From the NCBI RefSeq assembly GCF_009914755.1, contig NC_060929.1: 64,000 nt of DNA; one strand, given 5' to 3'. Positions 1-12,286 of this stretch are shown one piece after another; positions within the stretch are counted from its first letter, which is position 1, and each line of letters begins with the position of its first letter. The notes under the pieces were generated by a model. That model had not been told where the DNA came from. It was given only the letters and a program-made list of their open reading frames with translations, and ran no database searches. The position numbers were made by a program, and so were the translations under genes. The stretch comes from the human T2T-CHM13v2.0 reference genome, Homo sapiens.

Positions 1-56
1 GGGTTAGGACGTCAGCATATAGATTTTGTGGGGAATATACAATTTAGCCCAGAACA
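1..56 (-). mobile_element. MLT1A/B-type MaLR LTR, 5' terminus (cut by window edge)
   Basis: Reverse complement reads tgttctgggctaaattgtatattcccc...atatgctgacgtcctaaccc, which resembles the MLT1A/B LTR start. Confidence 0.7.
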
Positions 57-59
57 TAT

Positions 60-528
60 GACCAAGATGAAGACATTTTGCATTTATAATTAAGGTCACA
101 AATCAGGTGAGCTTTGAATCAATTAAAAGGAAAATTACCTTTGGTGGGCCTGACCTAATCAGGTGAGCACCCTAGAAGAGGGTCTGGGCTCTTCTGCAAA
201 GAGAACGACACTTCTCTGCAGGCCTTGAATGAGCACACAGCCATGCTGTGAGCTGCGTGTGGAAGAGGTGGCTTCTAGAGCTGAGGGCTTTAGTCTCGCA
301 GACACAGGAGGCTGAGTTCCATCAACACCATCCGCGGCTGGGGAGCCTCTTCCTAGCTGAGTTTCCTGGTGGAAATGCAGCTCGGCAGGCACCTTGACTG
401 CAGCCTAGACAAACCTCGGGCAGAAGACCCAGCTAAGGCCTGCCCAGACTGACTCACCGGAGCTGTCAGATCCTAAACGAGTGCTGCACAGCTGGCGGTA
501 ATTACTTCTGCAGAAACAGAAAACTACC
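60..528 (+). mobile_element. MLT1 (MLT1D/E/F-like) solo LTR
   Basis: Contains typical MLT1 motifs: taattaaggtcacaaatcag, tgggcctgacctaatcaggtgagc and caccttgactgcagcc. Ends in gcagaaacagaaaacta. Confidence 0.7.
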
Positions 529-1109
529 TGGATGGGGAATGTTCTAGGTCCTCAGTCCAGGGAGAGTTTCTTCTCCCGTCCTTTATGATTGCAGAAATGA
601 TCAAAACCTTCACATAATGCAAGCTTTCTGTGTTTGCTTGCATTTACTTATCTAATTTCTAGAAAAAGGAAGGCCTTGATTCTAGGAGAGAAAAGCAGAA
701 GAGAAAATGCAATCCCTAAATGCCCTTGGGTAAACGAAGAATTCCTGGATCCATCAGTTTTTTTGGGGAAGCATTTGTCCTGAGCTTTTGGGGTGGTGGG
801 TGTGGGCAGCTTTGCCTCTGCAGGCCGGGCTGAGCCCGCGGACTCCCTGGAGCCTCCCCTTTCCCCTTTGTCTCTCAAGGGAACTCATTGTTTACTTTTT
901 GCATCGAGGCCCGGGGGTGCATGCGTGTTCTGGTGCTTCTCATCCCATGCTGGTTCACTACTCGATGCTCTGAGGAGTGTGGTGGGTTCGTAGGATTTTA
1001 TGTAGAAAAAAAGTGATTTTCACCACTCGGATGTGGGCTTTCCTTAAGCTCTCTTTTCTCTCAACCTTACTTTCACAGACTGTCTCAAATTTTCCTCCCA
1101 TTTGTCAGT

Positions 1110-1205
1110 CTCTAAACATGATGGCCTGTGTCTGCCCTGCCCACTCCACAGGCTTGAACTATTGAAGCCTGGGAGAGGCTGTAACAGAGACTCGAGTTGT
1201 ATGTT
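1110..1205 (+). repeat. Inverted duplication A, left arm (96 bp)
   Basis: Reverse complement of 2118-2213, with 11 mismatches in 96 bp and no gaps by manual alignment. Confidence 0.95.
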
Positions 1206-1443
1206 GCAGTGCCGAGATCTTGGCTCACTGCAGCCTCCACCTCCTGGGTTCAACCGATTCTCCTGCCTCAGCCTCCTGAGTAGCTGGGATTACAGACGCA
1301 CGCCACCACACCCAGCTAAGTTTTGTAGTTTTAGTAGAGACGGGGTTTTACCATGTTGGCCAGGATGGTCTTGATCTCTTGACCTCATGATCTGCGGCCT
1401 CCCAAAGCGCTGGGATTATAGGCGTGAGCCACCACACCTGGCC
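1206..1443 (-). mobile_element. AluS (AluSc-like) lacking its 3' end and poly-A tail
   Basis: Alu body gcagtgccgagatcttggctcactgcagcc...gtgagccaccacacctggcc. The Sc-like segment ggatggtcttgatctcttgacctc is present. No poly-T precedes it. Confidence 0.9.
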
Positions 1444-1529
1444 TGAATCTTCTTAAATGCATCACAGGCCTTGGCTCGAGAACCAACCCTCCTTCTCACC
1501 AGATGCCGAACCTCCATCAGCCACTTATG

Positions 1530-1610
1530 GCTCCGAGCCTCAGCTTCCTCTCTGGTAAAGGGGAGGTTGTACCATTCCTGTCTACAGAGGGATGCACCTG
1601 GAATGGGCTG
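1530..1610 (+). mobile_element. MIR fragment
   Basis: gagcctcagcttcctctctggtaaagggga resembles the MIR core. Confidence 0.5.
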
Positions 1611-2117
1611 GACACTCTTGATACGCAGGTTGTCGTCATCCTAGACCCAAGGAGGCTTTCTTGTGACTGAACAGAAGAGGGTGGCACCAGCAGCCTGGTG
1701 GTTAGCGGTCCTCGTGGCCGCTCCAAAGCCACCCAGTGCAATGAGCTGCCACACCTGCAAAGCTCCATTCAGCTGGGCGTGACTTTTAAATTCCGGGAAC
1801 TACAAAAGGTGATTCATCTTTCATTTGCATAGAAAGCATCCCTTGAGACATCTCTTATTTTTCTGATGTACAGTGACTTATCTTTATAGAAAATGACGAT
1901 TTTTACATGGGCACAATCAATCAAGAGGGTCGTCTTGATCCACATTGTTGAAATGGGGCTCATGTTGGGAGAGGCAGGGCCTCCAGATCTCTCTCTGGCC
2001 CTGTCCCTTGCCATCCAGCTGAGCCTAAAAAAGGTCTGGCCCGTCTCTTACTCAGAACCAGTGGCCTCCTCATACACAGAACCAGTGGGTTGGGAAGGAT
2101 GATCACATTTACTCCTA

Positions 2118-2213
2118 AACATACAACTCAAGTATCTGTTATGGCCTTTCCTAAGCTTCAATGGCTCAAGCCTGTAGAGTGGGCAGGACAGACACAGGCC
2201 ATCATGTTTAGAG
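2118..2213 (-). repeat. Inverted duplication A, right arm (probable donor)
   Basis: Matches 1110-1205 in inverted orientation. Both ORF translations share [14 protein letters not shown]. Confidence 0.95.
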
Positions 2214-5200
2214 TGAACAGAACAGAATGATTTTCTAAATATCATTAAGTCATCATACCAGGCACCATTAGCTCTTATTTGGTCTCTGATTCACTTAAAG
2301 ACTGACATCAGGTCGAAAGGCCTTTTTGAAAGAAAGTCATTGGGAAATTCTGCTGAAGTGAGCTCAATGTTCTTTTTGGGATTTCAACTATGGAGGCTGC
2401 AATCTCTGTCCTTAGGTCCTTTAATGCAATATACCTGCCCCCAAAGACACCCACCCTGCTGGGCCAGCTGACTCTAAACAGGTCCAATCTTTGTAAATGG
2501 GGGTAGCAAACTGATTACCAAATCTAAGAAAAATGTTATCCTATTAAGACAACAGGCTGGTGCCTTATTTGCCTGGAACGTTGAGTTAAAATAATAAGAG
2601 ACACTCATTAAAAGGACAAAATGTGGAATTGTCTACTCCACAAACTCAGCAATGCAAAGTATGCCAAAGCGTGAGTGTCTGCCTGGCTCTTTTGAAATCT
2701 GAGCTGGAGTCTTTATTAAATCGCCTGCGGATCGCTGCCTGGCATCACCGTACACGTGTGAGAACACCTCCAGCGCCTGTGCTCACCAGACAGGAATGCT
2801 AGGATCACTCGGGGCGATTGTGCATCTCCTAATCCCCACAAAATAAAACAAGGGGATAACTAATCATAACTGGTAGCAATTTGGTGGGTACAGTTCTTCA
2901 TTTATCATCTTTATGTACATATCAATAACAGTCAACGCCCTTTGGCAAACTTTCTGAGGATACGTTGCCATCAACAACAATAAATCATGTGTGAGCATAT
3001 GTAGCAATTATCACTGGAAATAAAGGAGTTCAGTCCTAGTGAGGGGGAGAACCCGACACAGATCTTAATTCACAGATCTTAACACACCCGGCCGGGTCGC
3101 CGGAGGCCCTTGTGGCTGGGGTGACTCAGCCACTGCGTATGTGGTGGATGGTTAGACAACCAGGCGGGGTGAGCCCTGCGTGCCTGCGTGGAGACAATGG
3201 GCCCCGCGAGCGTGTGTGCTGCCAGCTGCTCTGGAACAATGGGGCCCTTTATGTCGCTCGTGCACCTCAGCACGGATTTAGTAATGTTTTGATTTATCAA
3301 GGACAAGCGTCAGCAGGCAGGAGAGAGGCTGTTTATACCTAAGAGCTGCTTTTCCGTGAGGTCTGTAGTGAAGGTAATGTGGGCCTGCGGTGGACTGTCC
3401 GAGGAGAACCCCTGGGCGCACTTGCATGGAGGCTTTGGCCTTTGCAGCGGGGTTCTGGTGCCTTTGTGGCAGCAATGGAGGGTCCTTTAACAGGGGATGA
3501 TGACACAATCCCCCACTCAGCACTGGGCTGGGCAATGAGACCATATGTTCTCACCGCCTTTCCCCTCTGAGAGGGTTTCCATGCAGAGCCCTGCCTCGGA
3601 GTCTGATTTCCAGGCGACTTCCTGTGCCAGGAGTCAGTTGGAAAGAGTGAGGTCACCTTGAGCAAAAGCAATGCTGGGAATATTTGCCGGACATGAAAAG
3701 AACTCAGGTATTTCCCTTACCAACCTCTACCGTCAGGAAGAATGTCAAGAGTTGCAGGTTCTCACTGCTCAGCTGCCCCCACGCCTTCACTCTTTCTCTC
3801 TTGCCCCGTTCTCCCCTGACACATTCTGACTCCATACACACAGAGCTTAAAATCTACTTAGTAACAGTTGCTAGGAAATAGCAATTTACCATCTCTCATG
3901 GCACACCTCTCTAGCAGTGGAGGACTCGATCTTAAGAAAGTCCTCCTTGTCTCTGACTCCCATGCCCACCCTTTCTCCATCTCACTTTCAGCTTCCGGGG
4001 TTCAGAGCTAAACAGGGCTGCATGTGTACAAATGGCCAGGCCCATCCTGTGATACAGGGACAAAATTCCACCTGGGTGAGAACAATTATTTCCCCCTTAA
4101 GCAGATCTGCAAACTCTAAGATATATTTTTATTTTCCTTAAAAAACCTCTAAATAATTAAGTGGGTTGGAGGACACATCACACCCAGCCCAGCCCAGCCC
4201 CTGACCTTCCTGTTCTTTCTGTGTGAACCCAGGTGGGTGCTGGAAGCCCATGATCTGCATGTCCCTTCTCTGTAAGAATGAGGTGGTTCATACCCCAGGT
4301 AGTTTCCTGGATGGGTAGAAAAGCCACGGGGTAAAGCGTGAGGCCATGGCTTGAAGTCTCACTTACTGCCAGCACCAGCCTCCAGACTTAGAGGCGTCAG
4401 CCTCTGAGCATCTCCTCAGAAGTTCACTGCCCCCAGAGGATCTCCCCCAGCACATTCCCACAGTTCCCACATTGAGTTAATCCCTGAGAACCATCTAACC
4501 ACGTGCCCACCATGTGTTGACAGTCAAGCTATGCTCCATTGCTAGATTTCATTACCATTTTTATCCCTAGCCCTCTTGACCACTCATTCTTGGAATGTTG
4601 ATGGGAACAAGTGAGCTGCTTTTATTCGTGTCTCCAAATGGGCTGGATTACAACAGCCAATTGACTGTTGACCCTGTGTTTTCTAACTACAGTGACAGCC
4701 TCAGAGGGCAGAGTGCAGTGTGAACATAGAGAAAGGAACCTGGTGAAGCTCCTGCAGTTAAACTGCTTATAAAGCTGTCTTCTGGGCACCCAAGGTTTGG
4801 GCTGCCATCTTGAACAGGAGCTACCAGCACGCTGATGACTGGGTGTGGGATGACCAAGAAGATGGCATGCGGGAGATGTCATGGGCTTGGCAACTCACAA
4901 ACCGAGTAGGTGGTCCTGGGGACTGGCATCCAACCTCAGTACCTTCACAGTGTGTTCCTGCTCAGCCGGAGCCTGTGCCTGTGGCCCAGGGCCCTGATTT
5001 TCCCAGCTGGAGCAGCTCTAGGGAAAGGCAGCCAGTTAGAGAAAGAGCAACTGCCGTGGGTGGGTTCTATTTCTGCCACGCATGGCCTGTACCCATTATC
5101 AGGAGAGTATCAATGGCACCACCTTCTCCTAGAGAGAAGCTGGCATGCACTTGTGTGGCATGCTTGCCACTTATTTCTCCAAGAGATTACAAGATCCAGG

Positions 5201-6092
5201 ACGACAGAGATGGTTTTATCCATCTTAGGACACCTTCTACTGCCAGCAGCCACTCCCTGAGTAAGGGCTGTAGAAACACATAATGAGCTTGAGTGTGTGT
5301 TGCTTGAAGAAAAGTAGTGTCTTTTATTGTTCAAAATTAGTAAAATTTGATATCTTTCATTGACTTCCCTGTGCTTGCTTGCACACTTAAATATTGTGCA
5401 TTGATCTTACATCAACCCTTATACATATTTTCCCCCATTAATCAGAAAATGGAGAGGAGTTGTGTCAGTTAACGTTTCTGCAGACAACTTCACAGCAAAG
5501 GCTGCATGCTTACACCTTATTGTCACCCCAGGATGACGTGTATCCATGGAGAATCTTTAGAGCACTTCCACCTGCATCATTGCACTGGCCTTTCTATGCG
5601 TGCTGTGAACTACACTAAGAGTCACCACGATTTCCAACCTACAGATAGGAAACTGGAGGTCCCAGGTCTACCATGGTGACCTGCTCAGCAGAGCTTGGGC
5701 CAAAAGTCAGGTCTTCATGTGGTACTTCCAAAGGAGAAATTACAAAAGGTGAGAATAGTTTAAAATGCTGACAGTGGTTATTTCTGAATATGAGGTTCCG
5801 GACTTTTTCCTTCTTTTGCCCATCATCTATGTTTTCAACTTTAGCCATAAGGAGCATTTGTTTGTCTTGCCTTGCTCTGCAGGGCATTCGGTTTGACAGG
5901 GCTGCTTCCATAGTGGAAGCTGTCTCTGAAGCATGTGTGATCACCTAGGAAGAAGCAATGTTGCACCCTAAGTGCTCATGGGGCAGGGCATCGAGAGGAT
6001 CACATGGATAGCCGCCACCCACCCATGATGAGACCATTGCAAACGCAGGCCTGGGATGAGTCTCCAGATGCCCAGTGCTGGCTAGTCATGGT

Positions 6093-6328
6093 GTATACAG
6101 CTTAAATATAACCTACACACAGCATATATGTGGCCCACATATAGCCTGCATGTAGTCTACACACTGGCTACATACAGCCTATATATGGTCCACATAAAGC
6201 CTACATACAACCCACATGTAGTTCACATGATGGCTGCATACAGCCTACATACAACCCACATGCAGCCCACACAATGTCTCCATACAGCCTGCATACAACC
6301 CACATGCAGTCCACACCATGGCTCTATG
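6093..6328. repeat. Degenerate ~11-bp tandem repeat with ~44-bp higher-order copies
   Basis: Recurrent acagcctacat/acaacccacat units. catacagcct(a/g)catacaacccacatgcag occurs twice. Confidence 0.7.
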
Positions 6329-6569
6329 TAGGGCTCCCTGCTGCACTGCTCCTCTCCTTGCCTCCCTCATCCTCCTTGCAGCCCTCCCTGGCTCTCCTTG
6401 GGCCACAGGAATGCCTCTCACTCACTTGTCATTTGCTTCACCAGGACCTCCTCAAGGTCTTCAAGTGAGATCCTGTCCTCCAGGGGTTGAACAAGGTCTC
6501 ATCTTCCTGGAACCTCTGTCTTGGGCAGCAACAGAGCCTCCCCAGGTGTGCACATGAGCAGGGGCACTG

Positions 6570-6845
6570 GGACTCGGCAGCGCTGTGGGGCACAGTGAGA
6601 ATTTGGGGTGGAGCGGCCTCTCCGAGGAGACATCTAAGTTGAGATCTGAAGAATTAGAAGTTAGCCATTCAAGGATCTGGAGAGAGCATTTTGGAGAGGG
6701 AGGAGCCTGGAGGAAGTCTTGGGTTGGGGAAGGTCAGTCCTTGGAGCTGGAGTCAAACTTGGAGGAGACAGAGCAGATGTGGCTTCAGGGGACACGGTGA
6801 GTGCTTAGACATCATCCTGCACCTGACAGCAAGCAGAAGAGGCAT
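6570..6845 (-). mobile_element. L2 fragment (appears to continue at ~7840-7990)
   Basis: ggcctctccgaggagacatctaagttgagatctgaagaattagaagttagcc resembles the antisense L2 3' region. Confidence 0.55.
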
Positions 6846-6954
6846 TTTTTCTTTAATTAATACACTATTTTTTTAAGAGAAGTTTAAGGTTTACAGAATA
6901 ATTGAGTGGAAAATACAGAAAGTGTCTATACATACCCTTACCCCCACATAAACA

Positions 6955-6987
6955 ACACACATGCACACACACACACACACACACACA
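6955..6987. repeat. (CA)n microsatellite
   Basis: Directly visible. Confidence 0.95.
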
Positions 6988-7033
6988 GAGTTTTCTCTAC
7001 TGTATTAAAATTTATTCTAATTACTGTAGAATT

Positions 7034-7163
7034 AATGTATTAGAATTTTCCAGAGAAACAGAACCAGATGACTGATAGGTCAATAGACCAATCAATAGAC
7101 ATTGTGAGAACAGGGTCACCCCATGGTGGAGGCCACGAAGCCTCAGGAATGCAGACTGCAAGC
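7034..7163 (-). mobile_element. MLT2 LTR 3'-end fragment
   Basis: tgtattagaattttccagagaaacagaacca...gactgcaagct resembles the antisense MLT2 terminus. Confidence 0.65.
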
Positions 7164-10100
7164 TCAGGTTCAGCCTTCGTATTGTACATTCTGTGGGTTT
7201 TGACAAATATCAAACAGCACAGATCCACCATTACAGGATCACATAGAGTGTTTTCACAGCCCTAAAATCCTCTGTGCTCTGCCCATTCATCCCTCCGTTC
7301 CCCCAGTCCCTGGCAACCAATGATCATTTTCTCTTTTGCCTTTTTCAGAATGTCATGTAGTTGGTATCATACAGTGTGCAGCCTACTGAGACTGTCTTCT
7401 TTCACTTAGTAATATGCATTTAAGGTTTCTTTATCCCTTTTTGTGGTTTGATAGCTCATTTCTTTTTATTACTGAATCTTATTCCATTGTCTGGATATAC
7501 TGCAGTTTGTTTATTCACTCACTTATTGAAGGGCATCTTGTCCTTCCATAGTATTGGCAGTTATGGATAAAGCTGCTATAAACATCCATGTGCAGGGTTT
7601 TGTGTTATCCTGAGTTTTCAATCCAGTTGGGTAATTCCAAGGAGTGCAATGGCTGGATCATATGGTCTGAGTACACTTAGTTTTGTAGGACCTGCCAGAC
7701 TGCTTTGCAAAGTAGCTGTGCCATTTTGCATTTTCACTAGCAATGAATGCAAGTTCCCATTGTTCCACATTCTTGCCAGCATCTGGTGCTGTCAATGTTT
7801 TGGATTTTGGCCATTCTAATAGGTGTGCTGTGGCCTATGAGGCATTTTAATCAGAAGGGTCACAGGAACTGACTGACATTTTCAAAGATGATTCTGGCTG
7901 CTCTGGGGCGGAGTGATGGAGATCAGCAAGGATGCAGGAATGGCAGCCAGGTTGGGGGCGGCAGGCATGGGTGAGGGCAGAGTATGGAGAAGAAGAGATA
8001 CCACGTGTCACACATGTCAGGGAATACCCGACAGGACTGGCCCAGGGGTTGGGCTGGGAGAAGATGGAAAGGGAGTCCCTAGTGTCATTGTGTGAGCTGC
8101 CAGCTGGGTGGTCATGCTCTCCCAGACACAAGACACTTCCTAAGCTCTGGGTTTCCATCAGGAACCCAGTGGAGGTGTCACAGAAGGTTAGGGCTTTGAA
8201 GTCTCAAGCTCTAGGGAGAGGGGGGGAATTGGGACATGCATCAGGGCTCACCCTAGAACACCCTATCTCCTCCTGTCCCCCAGCTCTTTCCTCTGGCTCC
8301 TGCCACTCCTCAGATCTTAGTTCAAATATCATGTCATCAAGGAGACCCTCCACTTTCCCCATGAGGGTGGAGCCTGTCATTCCCTGTATGATGCACAGGA
8401 CCCAGAATTTCCTGGACCTTAATACCCACTACTCCTTCAGACTTCAGGTTCTTCCAGGGCACTGCTGTCTGCGTCATTCTCTCTGCTTCTGTAGCCGATT
8501 GAATTATAGGCTCCAGGTAAATATTCATTAAATAAGCAGAACTTATACAAATATCATAAAAAGTGGCTCCAAGTACTTGGAGGATGCAGTGAATTATAAA
8601 AAAGCAGAGCAAGAAATCCAATAGTTCATGATGAATACTCGTTCCAAACTGTCTTCTTAAAATTGCACAGCTAAATATCAGCATTTTCATCTTCTTTTGT
8701 AATTTGCCTCAATGGTTGTCCCAACAAAATCAATAACTGCCCTGAGTTCCCACCCCCCAGCAGCCCCATCCCTCTGCAGCTGCTCTCTTCTCTTCTGGAC
8801 AGAGGGGTCCCGAGGTAGTCAAGGTGCCAAATCTCTATCTTTTTCCTCTTTGGAATCTCAACATGTTTCCCATCAAATGTCAGCAGAAGAGACTCAACTT
8901 ACATGCAAACGCCACTGAATGAGACGCTGGAAATTTGATCCAAACTTATAAAGCATGGTTAATCATTTTTATCTGACAATTTCAGATTTGCAATAGTAAT
9001 TGCACAGGTACCTGCCATCCGAAAATGTACTGGAGAAGCAAAACAAAACAAGTGAATTGCACTAGCATCCCGGAGAGTGTTCTGAAACCTCAGGTTCTAC
9101 ATAGGAGAGATAGGCTTGGATGGGATCTCAGATCAGCTTCCACATCTACTATTACCTAACAGCAGAGGCAAGAGGTTGAACTTACAAAATCCCAGCTCTC
9201 ATAATAGAGCTGGTTCTGAAACCGCGAAGGCCCTCTAGATAAGCTGTGATATTACATTCAGCAATGCCCAGAATGATGCAATTTGGTTTCCCAGGTCAGC
9301 CTAGTTTGTTTTGCTAAACTGTGTGTATTGTAATCCAAAATCCTATGCTACACAAACATCAATTAGTTAGCTCTGACCTAATGATAATGATCTTGCTGCA
9401 TATTAAAGTCAGCTGATACCTTCCCTAATTAGAGAAGGCTCCAATTATAGTTAACCCAAAGGTCAGGCTCCCAGCTCTCAGGGCTGAGCGAGGCATTGGA
9501 GCTGATAGGGGGTATCATGGAAATTAGCCATGCAACTCTCACGTCGCCTAATGGCAACTCGGAGGGAGACAGTTCATATTTCCATGTGCTATTCCTGACC
9601 CCGAGTGTGGTTCTGTGGCCAGCTTTCCACCTGGGCCGCCAGGATGTCCTTTTTCTCCCTTTTGTTCTCAACATTTCCCCGGCCATTCTTTTTCCTATCT
9701 GGGTGGGGAAAACTACATTTAATCACCTCATAAATATGAATGAGTCACTATTCTTGACAAATTATTAATTGGGATGGTATTTTCCAATGTTTTGTAGCAA
9801 TTAAAGAACTTAAATAAAATATTCATATGCATTTCTTAATTAAAACATTTTTCTTAAAGTGTGTTGGTGTCATGGCATTAAGCCTTTTAGTGTCTCTCTG
9901 CTCTATGGCTCTGATTTTGAAATGTCCACACCACACCTAGCTCATTCTCCTCTGATTTTTTTTTCCATTAACCAGTGCAAACCCCTATTGTCAAAAACAT
10001 CTCATACAAACATGACCAGAGATGCCATATATTATGAAAAAATTACAGAAATTCTCAAAATGAGCAGTCACATTCGGTACAAAAGTCCTCCCTATCTGCT

Positions 10101-11083
10101 GTTATCTCGTATTCATAGAAATGAGTTAAATAACCATAAACATAAAATGACAAATATTAGGTAGCTTTTAATTCTATACATTTTTAATCTAAGAAAATAG
10201 CAGTTGTATTTTACTATTGACACTGTTTTCAAAAAGACAACTCTCCTAAATATATGTTTATAACACATATGTGTATGTGATCAAAAAATCGTGCTTTCAA
10301 AATAAATCAAACATGGGTACAATAAAGACTGTTTAGATTTAAAAGTGCACTTATCAAATGAGTTTTACTTTCAGGCACACTCCCAGTCCAGCAAATAACT
10401 GTCTCTCAAAGCTTAGATTTATCCAATCAATGGCGTAACCTTTTTATTCCTGTAAAAGTGCAGTAAGATCCCCATCTAGAAAGCTAAACATAGGAGCAAA
10501 AATTACTACCACGAGAAGCTTTGTAGAATATATCGCATTGTTTCCATACCGCATGTACCTGAAGGATTTCTGGAAGGTCAGCAAATTTAACCACAATAAG
10601 ACACTGTATTCGAATATTCATTATGTCGTGATGCTGACAGAAAAAAAGAACTGTCAGAAACATTTACCGAAAGAAATCATTTCAGTGTCTCACTTCTGAA
10701 GCAGCAAGCAGGCCTCCAGCCTAGGCCTGAGCTTCTCTCACTTTCCAGGGATTATTTTCACCACAGGAGGGCTCCCATATGAAAAATAAACTATTTACAG
10801 AGAAATTAATCATAAAAATAGAAAGTTGGCACAAAATGCACTAAAATAAAGCTAATGTGATATTTGCTGTTCATCACAGATTAAACACTTGAAGACCGAC
10901 CTTCAGGAACCCCAAATACTCCAACCACCTGCCGAACACAGGGCAGTTACTGACGAACTCCGGCAGTTCTCCAACCACGGCCCAGCAAAGCCAGGTGCAC
11001 ACGCTGCCTACCACAGTGCCATCTCTACAGTTTATTGACGTAGAAAAGAGAGTCATGTGTCTCTATAACTTTAAAAATATTAC

Positions 11084-11590
11084 CTTTGTGATAGTTTGCT
11101 GAGAATGATGGTTTCCAGTTTCATCCATGTCCCTACAAAGGACATGAACTCATCACTTTTTATGGCTGCATAGTATTCCATGGTGGATATGTGCCACATT
11201 TTCTTAATCCAGTCTATCGTTGTTGGACATTTAGGTTGGTTCCAAGTCTTTGCTATTGTGAATAGTGCCACAATAAACATACGTGTGCATGTGTCTTTAT
11301 AGCAGCATGATTTAAGGACAAAAAAACCAAACACCGCATGTTCTCACTCTTAGGTGGGAATTGAACAATGAGAACACATGGACACAGGAAGGGGAACATC
11401 ACACACCGGGGACTGTTGTGGGGTGGGGGAGGGGGGAGGGATAGCACTGGGAGATATACCTAATGCTAAATGACGAGTTAGTGGGTGCAGCGCACCGGCA
11501 TGGCACATGTATACATATGTAACTAACCTGCACATTGTGCACATGTACCCTAAAACTTAAAGTATAATAAAATAAAATAAAATAAAATAA
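11084..11590 (+). mobile_element. Young L1PA (L1PA2-like), 5'-truncated with 5' inversion
   Basis: 11084-11314 is the antisense ORF2 C-terminus (...MFIVALFTIAKTWNQPKCP...KKMWHI...). 11315-11590 is the sense ORF2 end, 3' UTR and (TAAAA)n tail. The diagnostic triplet is GAG, not the L1HS-Ta ACA. Confidence 0.93.
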
Positions 11591-11594
11591 ATTA

Positions 11595-11745
11595 TCCATC
11601 CATCAATCAATTTACTTATTTATTCATGCTCTCCCCCTCCAATTTTACTGCACACCTATCATGGGTCTAACCTGGCTGGGCTCAGAGCTCCTGGGAATAT
11701 GATATTGGACAAATGGAGATCTTTCCTTTCGGGGAACATCAATGT
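11595..11745 (-). mobile_element. Probable L2 3'-end relic
   Basis: ccatccatcaatcaatttacttatttattcat...actgcacacctat resembles an antisense L2 tail. Confidence 0.4.
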
Positions 11746-12227
11746 TTTATCCTTTTTTCTTCCTGAGCAAGAAGTTCCCACTGGGGATGGACCTAATAAC
11801 TTTGAGGAACACCCCGAGGCCTGCTCTCAAGGAGGCACAGGCTGGGGTGGAAGGCCGCCCCCACTGTGGGCCTCCAGGGGCTGGGAGCTCTCATTTCCAG
11901 GTGTTCTCCACAGGGAATGAGGTGCGTGGCAAGTTTTCTGTATAAGTGAAGAGCTAGCCGAGGAACGTTTTTATTTTACGACTGAAAACAGAGCATCGGA
12001 GATTTTTACGCTTGCTTTAATTCGGATTGCAGGCAATCTACTTGGATGATTCAACTAGAGCTTCAAAACGGTGGGCTTCATTTTCTTCATCTCTACCATG
12101 AGAGGTGGGATTTCTAAGGCACCACCTCCTGGGTCTAAACTTCTGCCCTTTATGCATCTTGTTTGGGAAAGTGGACTCATTTTTGATGAATTTGGTTTTG
12201 TGTCTTTCTCTGATAAAAAGGGAAGAC

Positions 12228-12252
12228 GGGTGACAGAGCAAGACTCTGTCTC

Positions 12253-12282
<30 letters not shown>
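12228..12282 (+). mobile_element. Extremely 5'-truncated Alu (25 nt body plus A-tail) with target-site duplication (TSD)
   Basis: gggtgacagagcaagactctgtctc followed by poly-A. The flanking direct repeat aaaaagggaagac lies at 12215-12227 and 12283-12295. Confidence 0.9.

Positions 12283-12286
<4 letters not shown>

Larger units (their letters stand above)
6849..7838 (-). mobile_element. L1MC-type LINE-1 3' end containing a (CA)n tract and an MLT2 fragment
   Basis: Typical L1MC 3' sequences: aagtttaaggtttacagaataattgagtggaaaatacag, attgtacattctgtgggttttgacaaat and ctttcacttagtaatatgcatttaagg. Flanked by gaggcatttt at 6839-6848 and 7839-7848. Confidence 0.8.

Noticed and set aside
7932-8531. 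199-aa ORF
   Set aside because: It overlaps L2-like relic sequence and shows no recognisable protein similarity.
11080-11334. L1 ORF2-like peptide (also 62808-63035)
   Set aside because: These are fragments of truncated LINE-1 copies, not functional CDS.
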